Positions 11,620-23,645 of a stretch of 51,056 nucleotides of DNA are shown piece by piece. The stretch spans positions 4,174,966-4,226,021 of the forward strand of contig NC_057752.1 of NCBI RefSeq assembly GCF_004010195.1, read 5' to 3'. The position numbers and the translations under genes were made by a program. The notes under the pieces were generated by a model that did not search any database, had not been told where the DNA came from, and saw only the letters and a program-made list of their open reading frames with translations. The stretch is from Chiloscyllium plagiosum (lineage: Eukaryota). Position 1 is the first letter of the stretch. Each line of letters starts with the position of its first letter.

Positions 11620-12250
11620 CACAGAAGGTCAAAGGCAATCTCCACCTCCAGTCCTGGACCAATTAGAATGAGGTTATTCGCCACATAAGGGGCAAGGAGT
11701 CAAAATGACAGGCAGCATACCACTTGTCTTGACCCTTTCTGCCCAATTGTGGGCTGTTGTCCTCCTGGAAATAGAGAGAGGCACAGGTATTAAAGGGATA
11801 AAAGTAAGTGCCACAGATGGTTCAAGTGGGGAAGTGTTCTAAATGAGTGAGTAGCAGGCAGAAGTCATTCAGGGTTAGTGGGAAGTTGGGGTCAGTCAGA
11901 GCCAGTGGGGAAGATGGTCCAGGCAATACAGAGAGTGATAGAGCATCAGAGTGGGTGGGAGATGGGTACAGGAGCAGAGATAGAGTAAGAGGTATTGGAG
12001 AGATGATGGTGGCACTTACGCTGGCAGGGTGAGGAAGGTCACTGACCTTCTGCCTACAGCGCTGGGCATTCCTCCAGATTCAGAGACTGCACTGAGTCGG
12101 ATGGTAACCATGGATGAGATTGGGCATGATCTGGTGTTATGTCCTCCACTGCTGGGTGAAGAGGACGTCCCACCTATGTACCACACTATCCAGCAGGACT
12201 TTCTGAACCCTGCCCACAAGGCAGGGTGCTGATTTCCCTCTTTCTTCCAT
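11620..12250 (-). pseudogene. Myb/SANT-like DNA-binding gene relic (Harbinger-transposon type), two exons
   Basis: 12250->12020 reads MEERGKSAPCL..KVLLDSVVHRWDVLF..(stops/frameshift)..RNAQRCRQKVSDL, then a gtaagt donor; a downstream segment near 11650-11670 encodes RTGGG. Confidence 0.6.
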
Positions 12251-12951
12251 GTTTGGGGCAAATGTCTGCAACTGTTCAGAGCAGCTCCAGATTAACAGTG
12301 CTTATCTGTGTGCACTTCAGGCTTTTGAAGATGGCATGTGTACAAGAGATGCCAGGATATCCACTCTATGGTGAGTTGTACTGAGATCAGCACATGGTGG
12401 GAAATTGCATGTGAGATACGCCACAGAGGCATCATAGATAATTCATGTGGCAGGTTTGGCAAGATATGGCGAGAGAACTTGTTAGGTCTCATGGCAAGAA
12501 ACTCTCCAAAAAAAGCGACATGACTTTGACTTAGCCAATAAAATACAAGATTTCGTCCAATGAAACCACTGGCTTGGCTTAAATCCCATCTGAGTTACTA
12601 TAATATCCTTTACGGAAGGGCATCTGGCTTACATGTGATTCCAGATCCACAGTTATCTGGTTGACTCTTAAATGTCTTTTAATGGGCTAGCAAGCCATTC
12701 AATCGTCAAACTGATGTGAAAAAAAAAATCACTATGTGTAACTTCACAAGGACTGCAGTGATTGAAGAAGGTGGCTGATCACCTTCTCAAAGGCAGTTAG
12801 CAATGGGCAATAAATGCTGGACTGGCCAGCAATGCTCACATTCTGTGAATGATTTAAAAAATAAACCACCAAAAACAATTTATGCCTTCATCCTATTGCT
12901 GTGGGATCCGGGGAGCAAGGTTGTTATTACATAGCACTCATTGCACTTTAG

Positions 12952-13295
12952 AGAGCAGCATGGTGGCTAATGGTTAGCACTGTCGCTCCACAGTGCCAAG
13001 GACCGGGGTTCAATTCTACCCTCAAGTGACTGTGTGGAGTTTGCATGTTCTCCTTGTGCCTGTGTGGGTTTCCACTAGGTGCTCTGGTTTCCTCCCACAC
13101 TCCAAAGATGTGTGAGTTAGGTGGATTGGCAATGCTAAGTTGCCTGCAGTATTCAGGGATGCGTAGGTTAGGTGTGTTAGTCCTGGGAAATGTAGGGTTA
13201 CAGGGAAAAAAAGTAGGGGGATGGCTCTTCGGTGGGTTGGCGTGGACTTGTTGGGCTGAATGGCCCGTTTCCACACTATACGGACTCTATGAAAA
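12952..13295 (+). mobile_element. V-SINE (HE1-like) inserted in an older Deu-type SINE
   Basis: A/B boxes, V-domain and CR1-like tail; flanks resemble the Deu-SINE 3' part (ctgtgaggcactttg..gtactatatgaatacaagt). Confidence 0.85.
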
Positions 13296-14782
13296 TTAAA
13301 ATGCACTGACTGTGAGGCACTTTGAAATGTTTCTGAAAGACACAATAAGGTACTATATGAATACAAGTCTTTCTTTCATGATTAACAGTTCGAGGGTGCA
13401 CTGTTATTTCTGAAAAAAATTTGGAATCTTATTTGTCATATCTATAACAGCAAAAGGATCATTTGCTTCTACATTAACTCGAGAAAAGGTTTAAACAAAA
13501 ACTTCGCAAAAGACTGTTGAGTGTCTTTAGCAATGCAAACGTGTGCACAATTGACTGTGTGAATGTAAAACTTTGATTTTTGAATTTTCATTGAAGCAAA
13601 CTGTATTTATATAGCACCTTTTTTAACATTGCAAAATGCCTCAAGGCACTTTCACTGGAATATTATCAAACAGTATTCTACACCAAACAATGTACAGAGA
13701 CACAAGAAGAGGTGTTCATAAGCCACTGTGATAGATGTCTAATGGTCAGCAGATCCTAGATTGCCATCTAAAGTCAAAATTAACCCCAATGGCTCGTCCA
13801 CTGATTGTTTTCCAAAGACCTATTCCGATCTGTTCTGGATACTCCACTGAGCTGAAAAAATAATGGCAGTAACTCTTTAAGACTGAGCCATACAATATGA
13901 ACGCTGCTTTTTAAGGTTCAATGTAACAGAGCAGTGAAAAGAAAGGCTTCACATTTTCCCTCAGGTTAGATTTTTTTGGCAGTCAAAGGAACCTATTTGC
14001 ATCTCTTTAGTTGAAGTTGCTATTATACATTTCCATGTTCCCAATGTAATGAACACAGAAGCTTGGAAGCCACTGTACCTGAATAATAACCATATATGGT
14101 ATACCTGAGACTCAGCAGACTGAAACTTTCAAAAAGGCGTTAACATGCCCTTAAGGAAAAGCAACCCTCTTTGTTGGATGTGGTATGGGAGTGATCACTT
14201 TCAGCTATAACTTGTCAGATCTAATTTCTTAGCTGAGATTATTCTTAGCTGCTTCACATCTTCTAATGCCGCCAGCACCCTATTTTGTTAGTAAAACAAA
14301 TGAACATTTTTCTTTGATTTTTAAACGCATATGATAGGGTATTTCGGAGTGCTGCAGCAATATAACTAGATCCTTTGGTCTCTCTTCCCCTTTTGAGTTG
14401 CTGCTAATACATGCCCATTTTCTGTCACCTGGATACTTCACCTACAGAATTAATGCAAGGTGTGGCCTCTCTGATGCGTCCCATATTTCAACATATTTTG
14501 CCATTCAAAATGAGGCCTATCCAAAGCTATGAAACACTGCAGTTTAACTGACCACAGTAAGAGTATCAGGTCTAGGTCATGCCTTTGCTATTTAATTTCT
14601 GAAATGTTTGTCAGGGTCTGATATGTGCAGACATTTAACGAGATTTCTACAGTGTACTGTCTGCTCACATTTTCTACAGTTTCAGTGTGCCAGTAAAGAA
14701 ACAAGTGCAAATTGTTCCTTTTTCTAACTCTATGTATTATGTTGCACTGAAGGAATTTGCCATAAGGCATCAATCGGCAACC

Positions 14783-14854
14783 TTATAATGTGTTGCACTG
14801 CTGAATCCCGGATGTAGACTCTGCATATCTTTCTGTTGAAGATGGCAAGTCACC
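14783..14854 (-). CDS. Candidate terminal exon GDLPSSTERYAESTSGIQQCNTL* (unidentified gene)
   Basis: Acceptor ctaattcagaattttcag; in phase with candidate exon 15472-15674; ends in CaaX-like CNTL. No homology recognised. Confidence 0.2.
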   Translation of the reverse strand, partial: GDLPSSTERYAESTSGIQQCNTL

Positions 14855-15471
14855 CTGAAAATTCTGAATTAGTTTTTATGGGTCAGCTCCAAAGAGGGAC
14901 AGTGCACATTTTCAGCTGCTTTCTTTCACCAGTGGAGATGATGGTGTAGTGGTAATATCACTCGGCTAGTAATCCAGAAGCCCAGGCTAAGGATCAGGGG
15001 ACATGGGCTGAAATACCATGGCAACTGGTGAAATTTAAATTATTAAGTCAGAACTATAAAGGTAGTCTTGATTGCTGTGATACCTGATTTATTCATCCTT
15101 CTAGGATGGGCAATACATGCTGGCTTTGCCAAGAAGACCTATATTCATCAGGTTGAAGAAGAGACACTGAAAGAAGAAACATTAGCTCTGCTTTCCTCTC
15201 TCAGATGCTGCCAGCAATTTCTGTTTTTGTTTCGGACTTTATTTTTTTAGGTATACCTGATATGGTTCCTGGCATAACTTCTAGCACTGTTCATTCAGTC
15301 AGCATTGATCCTTTCAAGCGATACTGTTGATGTGTAAGAGACCAGTTTTATTTTTGGACTAAGGACTGAAAATGAGAGAAGTGGACACCATTTTTAAAAT
15401 GAGTGTGCATGGAGTTATTTGCAGCTTGAAAAATCAAATGAAACTAACTGATGCATATAAGAAGACATTAC

Positions 15472-15674
15472 CTTTTGGGGACATCGAGTCCAGACAAATT
15501 GGGACCATATGTTGTGGGTTGATCTTGGCGCAGTAACAAGCTTCTGTTTGGTCAGGCTACAGCTTAACACAGGGAAATGAAAACAGAAAAGTAAGGAAAC
15601 ATACAGACGTTGATTACAGCAATATCTCTCTCCTTGTCCCCGTTCTCTCGAAAGTTGCTTTCTCCAATTTCTGT
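15472..15674 (-). CDS. Candidate internal exon (203 nt, unidentified gene)
   Basis: Acceptor ttgcttttcag and donor AAG|gtaatg; one frame is open throughout (RNWRKQLSRERG...HNIWSQFVWTRCPQK). Confidence 0.2.
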
Positions 15675-15910
15675 CTGAAAAGCAAGTAAACTATCTTTAG
15701 AGATGCTGAAAGAATTCTAAAACCGAAAGAAAAAAAAAGGCCAACCAATCAATCACTGAACTAAAAACTGATTTTTGATGCGCAGGTAACATGTTGGTAT
15801 TATTGAAGAATCAAAAGGATTGTGAAACTAACACATCCATTTTTTTGTGATTTGGACTAGTGATACAGAACTGTGTTTCCCTTTTTTTTCCTCCACTCAT
15901 AATACTTATG

Positions 15911-16079
15911 ATGTGGAGATGCCGGTGTTGGACTGGGGTGGACAAAGTTAAAAATCACACACCACCAGGTTATAGTCCAACAGGTTGATTTGGAAGTACT
16001 GATGAAGGAGCAGCACTCTAAAAGCTAGTACTTCCAAATAAACCTGTTGGACCATAACCTGGTGTTGTGTGATTTTTAA
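15911..16079. mobile_element. Fold-back PLE terminus (family C) with 13-bp TSD and decayed hammerhead
   Basis: Inverted arms gttaaaaatcacac..ttggaagtac / gtacttccaa..gtgtgatttttaac; ctgatgaaggagcagcactctaaaagcta at 15999; TSD cataata(c/t)ttatg at 15898-15910 and 16080-16092. Confidence 0.85.
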
Positions 16080-17069
16080 CATAATATTTATGCCTTGTTC
16101 AGTTCTCTTTGCGTGTCTATGTGTGGGCATTTAAAAGGGGTAAAGTTTAAGTTAGAAAAATTACAAATCCTTTCTTTTATCATTCTTGTTAGAGTTTAAT
16201 ATTAAACTAAATAGAGCTATTTTACGGTTTTGAAGGAACTTCCTACAGTTCATTTTGGTCTTGGGTAGCAGTCAGACAGAAAAATTGGATATTTTCGTAG
16301 TTCAGTTACATTTTGATAACTGTGTCGATCAAAGGGGCAGAGGGGCTTGATATCAATGCACCCTCCCAAGTATGTCATGACAAAGAGGAAGGAAAACCTT
16401 GAAGGTAAAGAAAGAAGGGAAAAGACAAAGACAGTAAGAGCATCTTTCTCCCCCATTTACTAATAAGATTAGTCTGATGTGGAGCGTAATTCCTCCGCCT
16501 ATGCTCAGAATCAAGATGCTGATCATGTTTGCACATTTGATAGCAGAATTGTAGAAATTTTGAGGAGATAAGGTTATATGTAAATGAGACATTTTTCTAT
16601 GTGAGGAGTCTTACACCTAATAAGATACGTTGTTTATTGTTCAAGATTACACTGTAGACAAACATCTTGTGATTATTGTAACAGTTTAAAGGTTTTGTTA
16701 TTAAAACTTAAAGCTCACCACATTTTGCAAGGATCTGCTTTACTTTGTCGGTATTTAGATGTGCTACATTTGAATGATAGTGTAATTAATCCAGATTTTA
16801 ATGGGTCATTTGTCGATGAATCTTTAGTGAGAAGAGGAAAAAGAAAGGCTTGCATTAGACTCAACGGGCCAAATGGCCTCTTCTATAACCTGAGGAATCT
16901 ACACGAGGATCTGCCATAGCACATGTTTCTTCAATGCAAATTGGCTTTAACACGACTGAAGAATTTACACTGTTATTTGTAGAACATGAACTTTCCTTCC
17001 CTGTATTTGTTATAGCGTGATTTCAGCCCATTAGTTTAAATGGCACCACTATTGCGCTATTTTCTTATT

Positions 17070-17975
17070 CAAGGTTTGTGTAAAGTCTTTGCCAAGAACA
17101 GATATCCCCACAACCTCATCCACAGATGCCAAGCAGGCAAACAAAGCTTCGAGGACATGCCACGACCTAACACACTAGCCACACTATCTTATATAAAAAA
17201 TGTCTCAGAACTAACAGCCAGACTTTTCTGACCACTTGGATTCATGACAGCCGATAAACCAAAAGCCATGCTCAGACAACAACTTCCCAGAACAAAAGAC
17301 TCTATACCCTTCATAGAGAAAGTGAGGGCTGCAGATGCTGGAGATCAGAGCTGAAAATGTGTTGCTGGAAAAGCGCAGCAGGTCAGGCAGCATCCAAGGG
17401 ACAGGAGAATCAACGCCTGAAGAAGGGCTTATTCCCGAAACGTCGATTCTCCTGTTCCTTTGATGCTGCCTGACCTGCTGCGCTTTTCCAGCAACACATT
17501 TTCAGCTCTATACCCTTCATATGCAAGACATATGTAATTTACAAGATTCCATGCAAAGACTACACAAAACACTATATAGGTCAAACAGGCAGACAACTAG
17601 CAATCTGCATCGATGAACACTAACTAGCAACTAAACGCCATGACCAGCTGTCCCTGGTAGCCATATACACAGATGACAAGGACCACAATAATAGGACAAG
17701 CTAAACAGATTACAGCCAGAGAATTTCCAGAGGCATGGCACTCATCCATGGACTCCATCAATAAACACATTGACCTAGACCCAGTATACCGACCACTGCA
17801 AAGAACAACCGGAACCAGCAACCAGAAGCAGCAGGAATGAAACAAAATAAATTCCAGAAGACACGGTACAGCAGCGCTTCACAGGAGGCTCCAAAGCACT
17901 GAGGATATCATGTAGAAAGGGTACGAATGCGTCTGTGAATCAACTTCCCAGCTCGGTGAACATATCCACAACTAC
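17070..17975 (+). mobile_element. Penelope-like element 3' fragment (RT thumb/linker, GIY-YIG, terminus), family A
   Basis: TLSYIKNVSELTARL; VIYKIPCKDYTKHYIGQTGRQLA; decayed hammerhead gcactgaggatatc..gtacgaatgcgtc at ~17895. Confidence 0.85.
17316..17505. mobile_element. Fold-back PLE terminus (family B) nested in a family A PLE, 16-bp TSD
   Basis: TSD ctctatacccttcata at 17300-17315 and 17506-17521; inverted arms; ctgaagaagggcttattcccgaaacgtc on +. Confidence 0.9.
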
Positions 17976-18159
17976 TATTTTCTTACAACGCAAGATCGCA
18001 GAAGAACAGAACTCACTATACCAGAGCCAACTATACTACTATTTCTTTAGTGCCTTTTACAATATCAGGATATCCCAAAGTGTAGTTTCTGAAGTATAGG
18101 CACTGTTCGGGTTTTTTAAAATGAATTAAGTAATTACTAGTTAGTGTGCTTGCAGTTAT

Positions 18160-18432
18160 AGATCATAGAATCCCCATAGTGCAGAAGCAGGCCATTCAAC
18201 CCATCAAGTTCACACCAACCCTCTGAAGGGCATTCTACCCAGTCCCACCCCATCCCTGTAACCCTGAATTTCCCATTACCAATCCACCTAACCTACACAT
18301 CTTTATGCTTTGGGAGGAAACCAACACAGACATGGGGAGAATGTGCAAATTCCACACAGTCACCCAAGGCTGAGATCAAACCTGGGTCCCTGGTGCTGAG
18401 AGGCAACAGTGCTAACCACTAGACCACCATGA
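18160..18432 (-). mobile_element. V-SINE (HE1-like), diverged
   Basis: Minus strand has tggtctagtggttagcactg, V-domain and CR1-like tail. Confidence 0.8.
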
Positions 18433-19612
18433 AATGGTTCTAGCCATATTGTGGCTCAAATACAGTTTAGTACTTTACAAAATCTCAATATTTAGGGAAA
18501 TGCAGAGAGAGATTTAGTTTTTTTCTTAATAGAGCAGAGCTTTAAAAAAATCAAAGTAGGTTGGCATGGGGACTTGTTCAGGGTTGAGAAGCCTTCGTCT
18601 CAAGAGCTAATCTGTGACACATTACATCATTACCTCTTGGCAGTTCTAAAATTTACTTGTAAGAACAAGTATGGGTGAGCTGGGATAATGGGTGGGACTG
18701 TAGGCTGGTGATGATCCTAAAGAAATAATGCTGATCTTACAGTATATTTTTTTTTAAAATCAGTATTATGTACAGAAACAGCAATGGATAGGCTGGGGAA
18801 ACGTGGTAGCCAGTACCAGGGAATTGGAAGTTATTTCCATTTTGATCATCACAGCAAAATTCACTAAGTCTGATCTCCTTTATAGGAAGTGGCAATAGAA
18901 GGGATTGTGAGTTCAGTTAAACCATATTAATGATCTACAATGTGCAACCTATTAAGCTGTTGGAAGCAGAGATGGCGAATAATATCAAAAGGAAATTGGA
19001 TGGGTATTTGAGGGAAATTAACTTGCAGGGTTAGGGAGATAAAGCTGGAGAATAGGATTTATTTGAATGCTCTGTAGAAAACTAATATGGGGTTCAGGTA
19101 CATAGTTTCTTGAAAGTTGCATCACAGGTAGCCAGGGTGGTAGAGAAAGCATTTGGCATGCTTGCCTCCTTAGTTCATTGAATATAGGAGTTGGGATGTC
19201 CTGTTAAGGTCATTCAGGACATTGTTGAGGCCACTTTTAGAGTAGAGTAGTGTGTACAGTTCTGGTCACCCTGCTACAGAAAGGATATTATTAAACTGGA
19301 GAGGGTGCAGAAAAGATTTACAAGGATTATACTGGTACTGGAGGGTTTGAGTTATAATGAGAGGCTGGATAGGCTGGGACTCTTTTCACTGGATCACAGA
19401 AGGTTGAGGGGTGACCTTATAGAGGTTTATAAAATTATGAGAAGCATAAATAAAGTGAATAGCAAAGGTCTTTTCTCTAGGCTAGGGGAGTTCAAAGTTA
19501 GAGGGCATAATTTTAAGATGAGAGGAGAAAGATTTAAAAAGGACTGAGGGGCAACCTTTTCACACAGAAGGTATTCGTTGTGGTTCTGTTCGCTGAGCTG
19601 GAGGTTTTTGTT

Positions 19613-19652
19613 GCAAACGTTTCGTCCCCTGGCTAGGCGACATCATCAGTGC
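19613..19652 (-). ncRNA. Minimal hammerhead ribozyme motif
   Basis: Exact reverse complement of 19797-19836. Confidence 0.8.
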
Positions 19653-19796
19653 TTGGGAGCCTCCTGCGAAGCGCTTCTTTGATGTTTCCTCCGGTGTTTA
19701 TAGTGGTCTGTCCCTGCCGCTTCCGGTTGTACAACCGACAGACCACTATAAACACCGGAAGAAACATCAAAGAAGCGCTTCGCAGGAGGCTCCCAA

Positions 19797-19836
19797 GCAC
19801 TGATGATGTCGCCTAGCCAGGGGACGAAACGTTTGC
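19797..19836 (+). ncRNA. Minimal hammerhead ribozyme motif
   Basis: GCA-CTGATGA-T-GTC.CCT(AGCC)AGG.GAC-GAAACGTT-TGC. Confidence 0.8.
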
Positions 19837-20115
19837 AACAAAAACTTCCAACTCGGCGAACAGAACCACAACAACGAGCACCCGAGCTACAAATCTTCGC
19901 ACAAACTTTGAACAGAAGGTATTCGCTTGTGGAATGAACTGCCAGAGGAAATGGTAGATGCAGGTACTGTCACAACATTCAAAAGACATTTGGGCAGGTG
20001 CATGGATAGGAAAGGTTTAGTGGGATATGGGCCAAATAGGACTGGTTTAGTTTGGGAAATTTGATCAGCGTGGATGAGTTGGACCAAAGGGTCTATTTCT
20101 GTGCTGTATGACTCT

Positions 20116-20350
20116 TCATGTTGTTGTGTCACCACAGTCCTACCAGACCATAGGGGCTGCTCCCTCATTAGAGAGAGAAGTGACTGGTCATGATTTAACC
20201 CCAGGGCCATCAGACCTCAGGCAAGGGAAGAAGTTGAGAAGGAGAGTCCTTCATGGTAACCTTAAACTAGTGATGGGAATTGAACCCATGCTGTTGGTGT
20301 CACATTGCTCTGTAAACCAACAATCCAGCCAACTGAGCTAAACCAATCCC
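20116..20350 (-). mobile_element. tRNA-derived SINE inserted in a CR1 tail
   Basis: Minus strand has A box tagctcagttgg and B box gggttcaattccc; flanking repeat ctgtatgactct at 20104-20115 and 20351-20362. Confidence 0.75.
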
Positions 20351-21772
20351 CTGTATGACTCTATGAACTCAATGAATTGAATGACACCTTTCTGTGCTGT
20401 AATGACTCATGATTTTCTGATAGCATTTAAAGTGGGGGTGCAAGTTTATTAGGTAGCGATTACCATGCCACCCTTACAACCAAAATAATTTGTCTAATTG
20501 CCCATCAATCAATTCATTAAGAGTTGACAAGCAAGCAAGAGTATCTGGCCCTGTCACAGGCTTCAACACTGGCAAAGACCAGGTTGCCAGAAGCTGCCAG
20601 CTAATTACAGGCATCAAGTATTGCAAATGGAAGTACAGAATAAGGTTTTTTCTGTTCTGCTCCATCAGTGTGTCTTAATGCCAATTCAGTGCTTCCTCAA
20701 CTTAAATTGCAGCTGCCTTTATGACCTCCGAGTGAGAATGTTAACCTGATCTATCATGAGCCTCATCCACCAGAAGGTGGGTTCAGCCCAGGTGAAAACC
20801 TATATCACAGAACATAATCACCCTCCAGTATTGATAGAGAAATTGAATCTCTTCACAGAGAATGGTTCAAAAGTGGGAACCATTACCACAGGAGGTAGTT
20901 GAACTGAATAGCATAGATGCATTTAAGGGGAAATATGAGGGAGAAAAGCAAGGATATATTGAGAAGGTGAGATGTAATTGGATCGGAGGAAGCCCATGTG
21001 AGTCATAAACTTTACCATTGCCCAACTGGACTTAATGGCCTGTTTCTGTGCTGCGAATTTATTTTAATTCTATTTATTGTGTCAACATAGCATTCAGTGA
21101 GGGAATAAGTCCATTTGTACGCCTTTATGTAGATTTTTCAGGTAATCGCTTTTGATTTATTCGACTGAAGACAATCCAAATGACGCTACTTCCTTGTTTA
21201 CTTTTGAGTCAAAAAAAAAAACCAGATGTGTTTTCGAGAAATTCTGCAGAAGTTCAACTGCTAGAGGCCTTCTGCTTTGTGGTCTTCCATCAACTCTTCT
21301 GTAGTGGCCCAACTAAATTAGAATGACAACGCTGCAAAAAGATTCCAGATATCTTATTTATACCATACCCAGTATGTCATTCAGGCTTGTGTTGCCATGA
21401 CACCTCTCAGTTTGTGATACTTCTCAATAAATTTAAACAGATAAATAGATTTGTAAATCATTTACAATTCCAACGCCTCCCTTTACCTTGGTTACGAATT
21501 GTGAAGATTGCATATTCAACAGTTCAAATGGACAATCTACTGCTAATTCCATCTGGCCCAAGTGATAGGATATTTTTCTAGTTGAACACCAGATAATTCT
21601 TCTATCGTCCCCTTCCATCTTTTCTGAGTAAAGTAGCTGGCATACTGCCTCCTCTCAATAACATGGTTCAGATAGATATTTCAGTGCCATGGAAAACTGC
21701 TGACATCATGCCCATCACTCCATGATGGTGGGGATTTGCATACCAATGTTATTGCACCACCCTTAATTATAA

Positions 21773-22532
21773 AGTCATAGAGACGTACAGCACGGAAATA
21801 GACCCTTCGGTCCAACCTGTCCATGCCGACCAGATATCCCAACCCAATCTAGTCCCACCTGCCAGCACCCGTCCTATATCCCTCCAAACCCTTCCTATTC
21901 ATACACCCATCCAGATGCCTTTTAAATGTTGTAATTGTACTAGTCTCCACCACTTCCTCTGGCAGCTCATTCCATCCATATACCACCCTCTGCGTGAAAG
22001 GTTGCTCCTTAGGTCTCTTTTACATCTTTCCCCTCTCACCGTAAACTTATGCCCTCTAGTTCTAGACTCCCCCACCCCAGGGAAAAGGTTTTGTCTATTT
22101 ATTCTATCCATGCCCCTCATGATTTTATAAACCTCTATAAAGGTCACCCCTCAGCCTCCAAATGTTCCAGGAAAAACAGCCTCAGCCTCTCCCTATAGCT
22201 CAAATCCTCCAACCCTGGCAACTTCCTTGTAAATTTTTTCTGAGCCCTTTCAAATTTCACAACATCTTTCAGAGAGGAAGGAGACCAGAATTGCACACAA
22301 TATTCCAACAGTAGCCTAACCAATGTCCTGTACAGCCGCAACATGACCTCCTAACCCCTGTACTCAATACTCTGACCGATAAAGGAAAGCATACCAAATG
22401 CCTTCTTCACTATCCTATCTACCTGCGACTCTACTTTCAAGAGCTATGAACCTGCACTCCAAGGTCTCTTTGTTCAGCAACACTCCCTAGAATTTTGCCA
22501 TTAAGTGTACAAGTCCTGCTAAGATTTGCTTA
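21773..22532 (-). mobile_element. CR1 3' fragment
   Basis: Minus ORFs LYRTLVRLLLEYCVQFWSP and IEVYKIMRGMDR. Confidence 0.95.
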
Positions 22533-23645
22533 AGAGACAGCAAATAACAAATGTTTTCCCATCTTCATAATAATGGGCTCCCTATTCATTACTTACATTC
22601 CTAATTGATGGGATGTGAGTCAAAGAGCCACAATGGCATGGGACAGAACCACATATGCCAGGCTTAATTTCTGTACACTGTTGAGTTGCTGAATTACAGC
22701 CAAAACAGTGAAAAATGTTCACTCTTGGGAAATAGGCATTGCTGGTAAGGGCTGGCATTTATTATCCATCCCCAATTGCCCCACAAGAAGGTGATAGTGA
22801 GCTGTCTTATCAAACTGTTGTAGTCTATGTAGAGATGGTACACCCACATGCTATGAGGGGGTTCCAGGATTTTGACTATAAGAACAGTGTTATTAGCCTG
22901 AGTGGGTTGGGTGGGGAGTGGGTTAGGAAAAGGAGGAATCACCAAAGGATTTTTGATAGCTTTCCCTGCTGCTTGCCTAAATGTGAATTAATTTTTTTAA
23001 ATCTCCCTGAGGTCCCTTTTGATACTGATTAAGGGCACCATCCTAATTAAAATAGTGAGATCACATTGAAAGGCATGCATGACACCATCTATATGTGGAT
23101 TCCAGAAAAACCTTGTGCCTTGCAAATTCAATGACACAAAAACCTTAAATCTAGAAGTAGAAAGGCAAAAAGAATGAAAAACAAAACAACAGCTCAACAC
23201 AAGGAGGAGTACTGTCACCAGGAAAGCCACTCTAGGTGTGTCTGACAGCAGTCAGTATATCTGTCACATTGTCATTTGTAATGCGTTTGCACTTGTCTCA
23301 CCTCTCCAATTTTCTCTCCTAAAGTGATAGAAATGGTCCCTATATCCCTCCCTTCTCTACATAATTTGCCATCCTGCATGTTTGAGATAGCACACTGTCC
23401 ACAAATGTGGACCTGACAAACAAGATCTGTCCTGTTCTTCCAAGATGTCTGTGAAAGGTTACCTGCAGAACAGATTTTGACCTAAAGGGGAATCAAGGTT
23501 TGTGGGGAACTGGCAGGAAAATGAAGTTCAGTCCACAATCAGATCAGCTATGCTCTTACTGGCTGGCAGAACAGGACTCAGAAGGCCAAATGGTGTATTC
23601 CTACTCCTATTTCTTATGATAATTTTCTCCCTCTGGTTTTAATAC

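Larger units (their letters stand above)
19578..19911. mobile_element. Fold-back PLE terminus (family A-related) with 14-bp TSD
   Basis: Near-perfect ~140-bp inverted arms; TSD acagaaggtattcg at 19564-19577 and 19912-19925. Confidence 0.9.
19085..20115 (+). mobile_element. CR1 3' fragment interrupted by a PLE fold-back
   Basis: ORF QKRFTRII..RLRGDLIEVYKIMR; resumes at 19926 with tggaatgaactgccagagg. Confidence 0.9.

Noticed and set aside
21433..21630. Minus-strand exon candidate ending AAG|gtaaag
   Set aside because: No recognisable protein, and its phase-0 end does not fit the phase-1 start of the 15472-15674 candidate.
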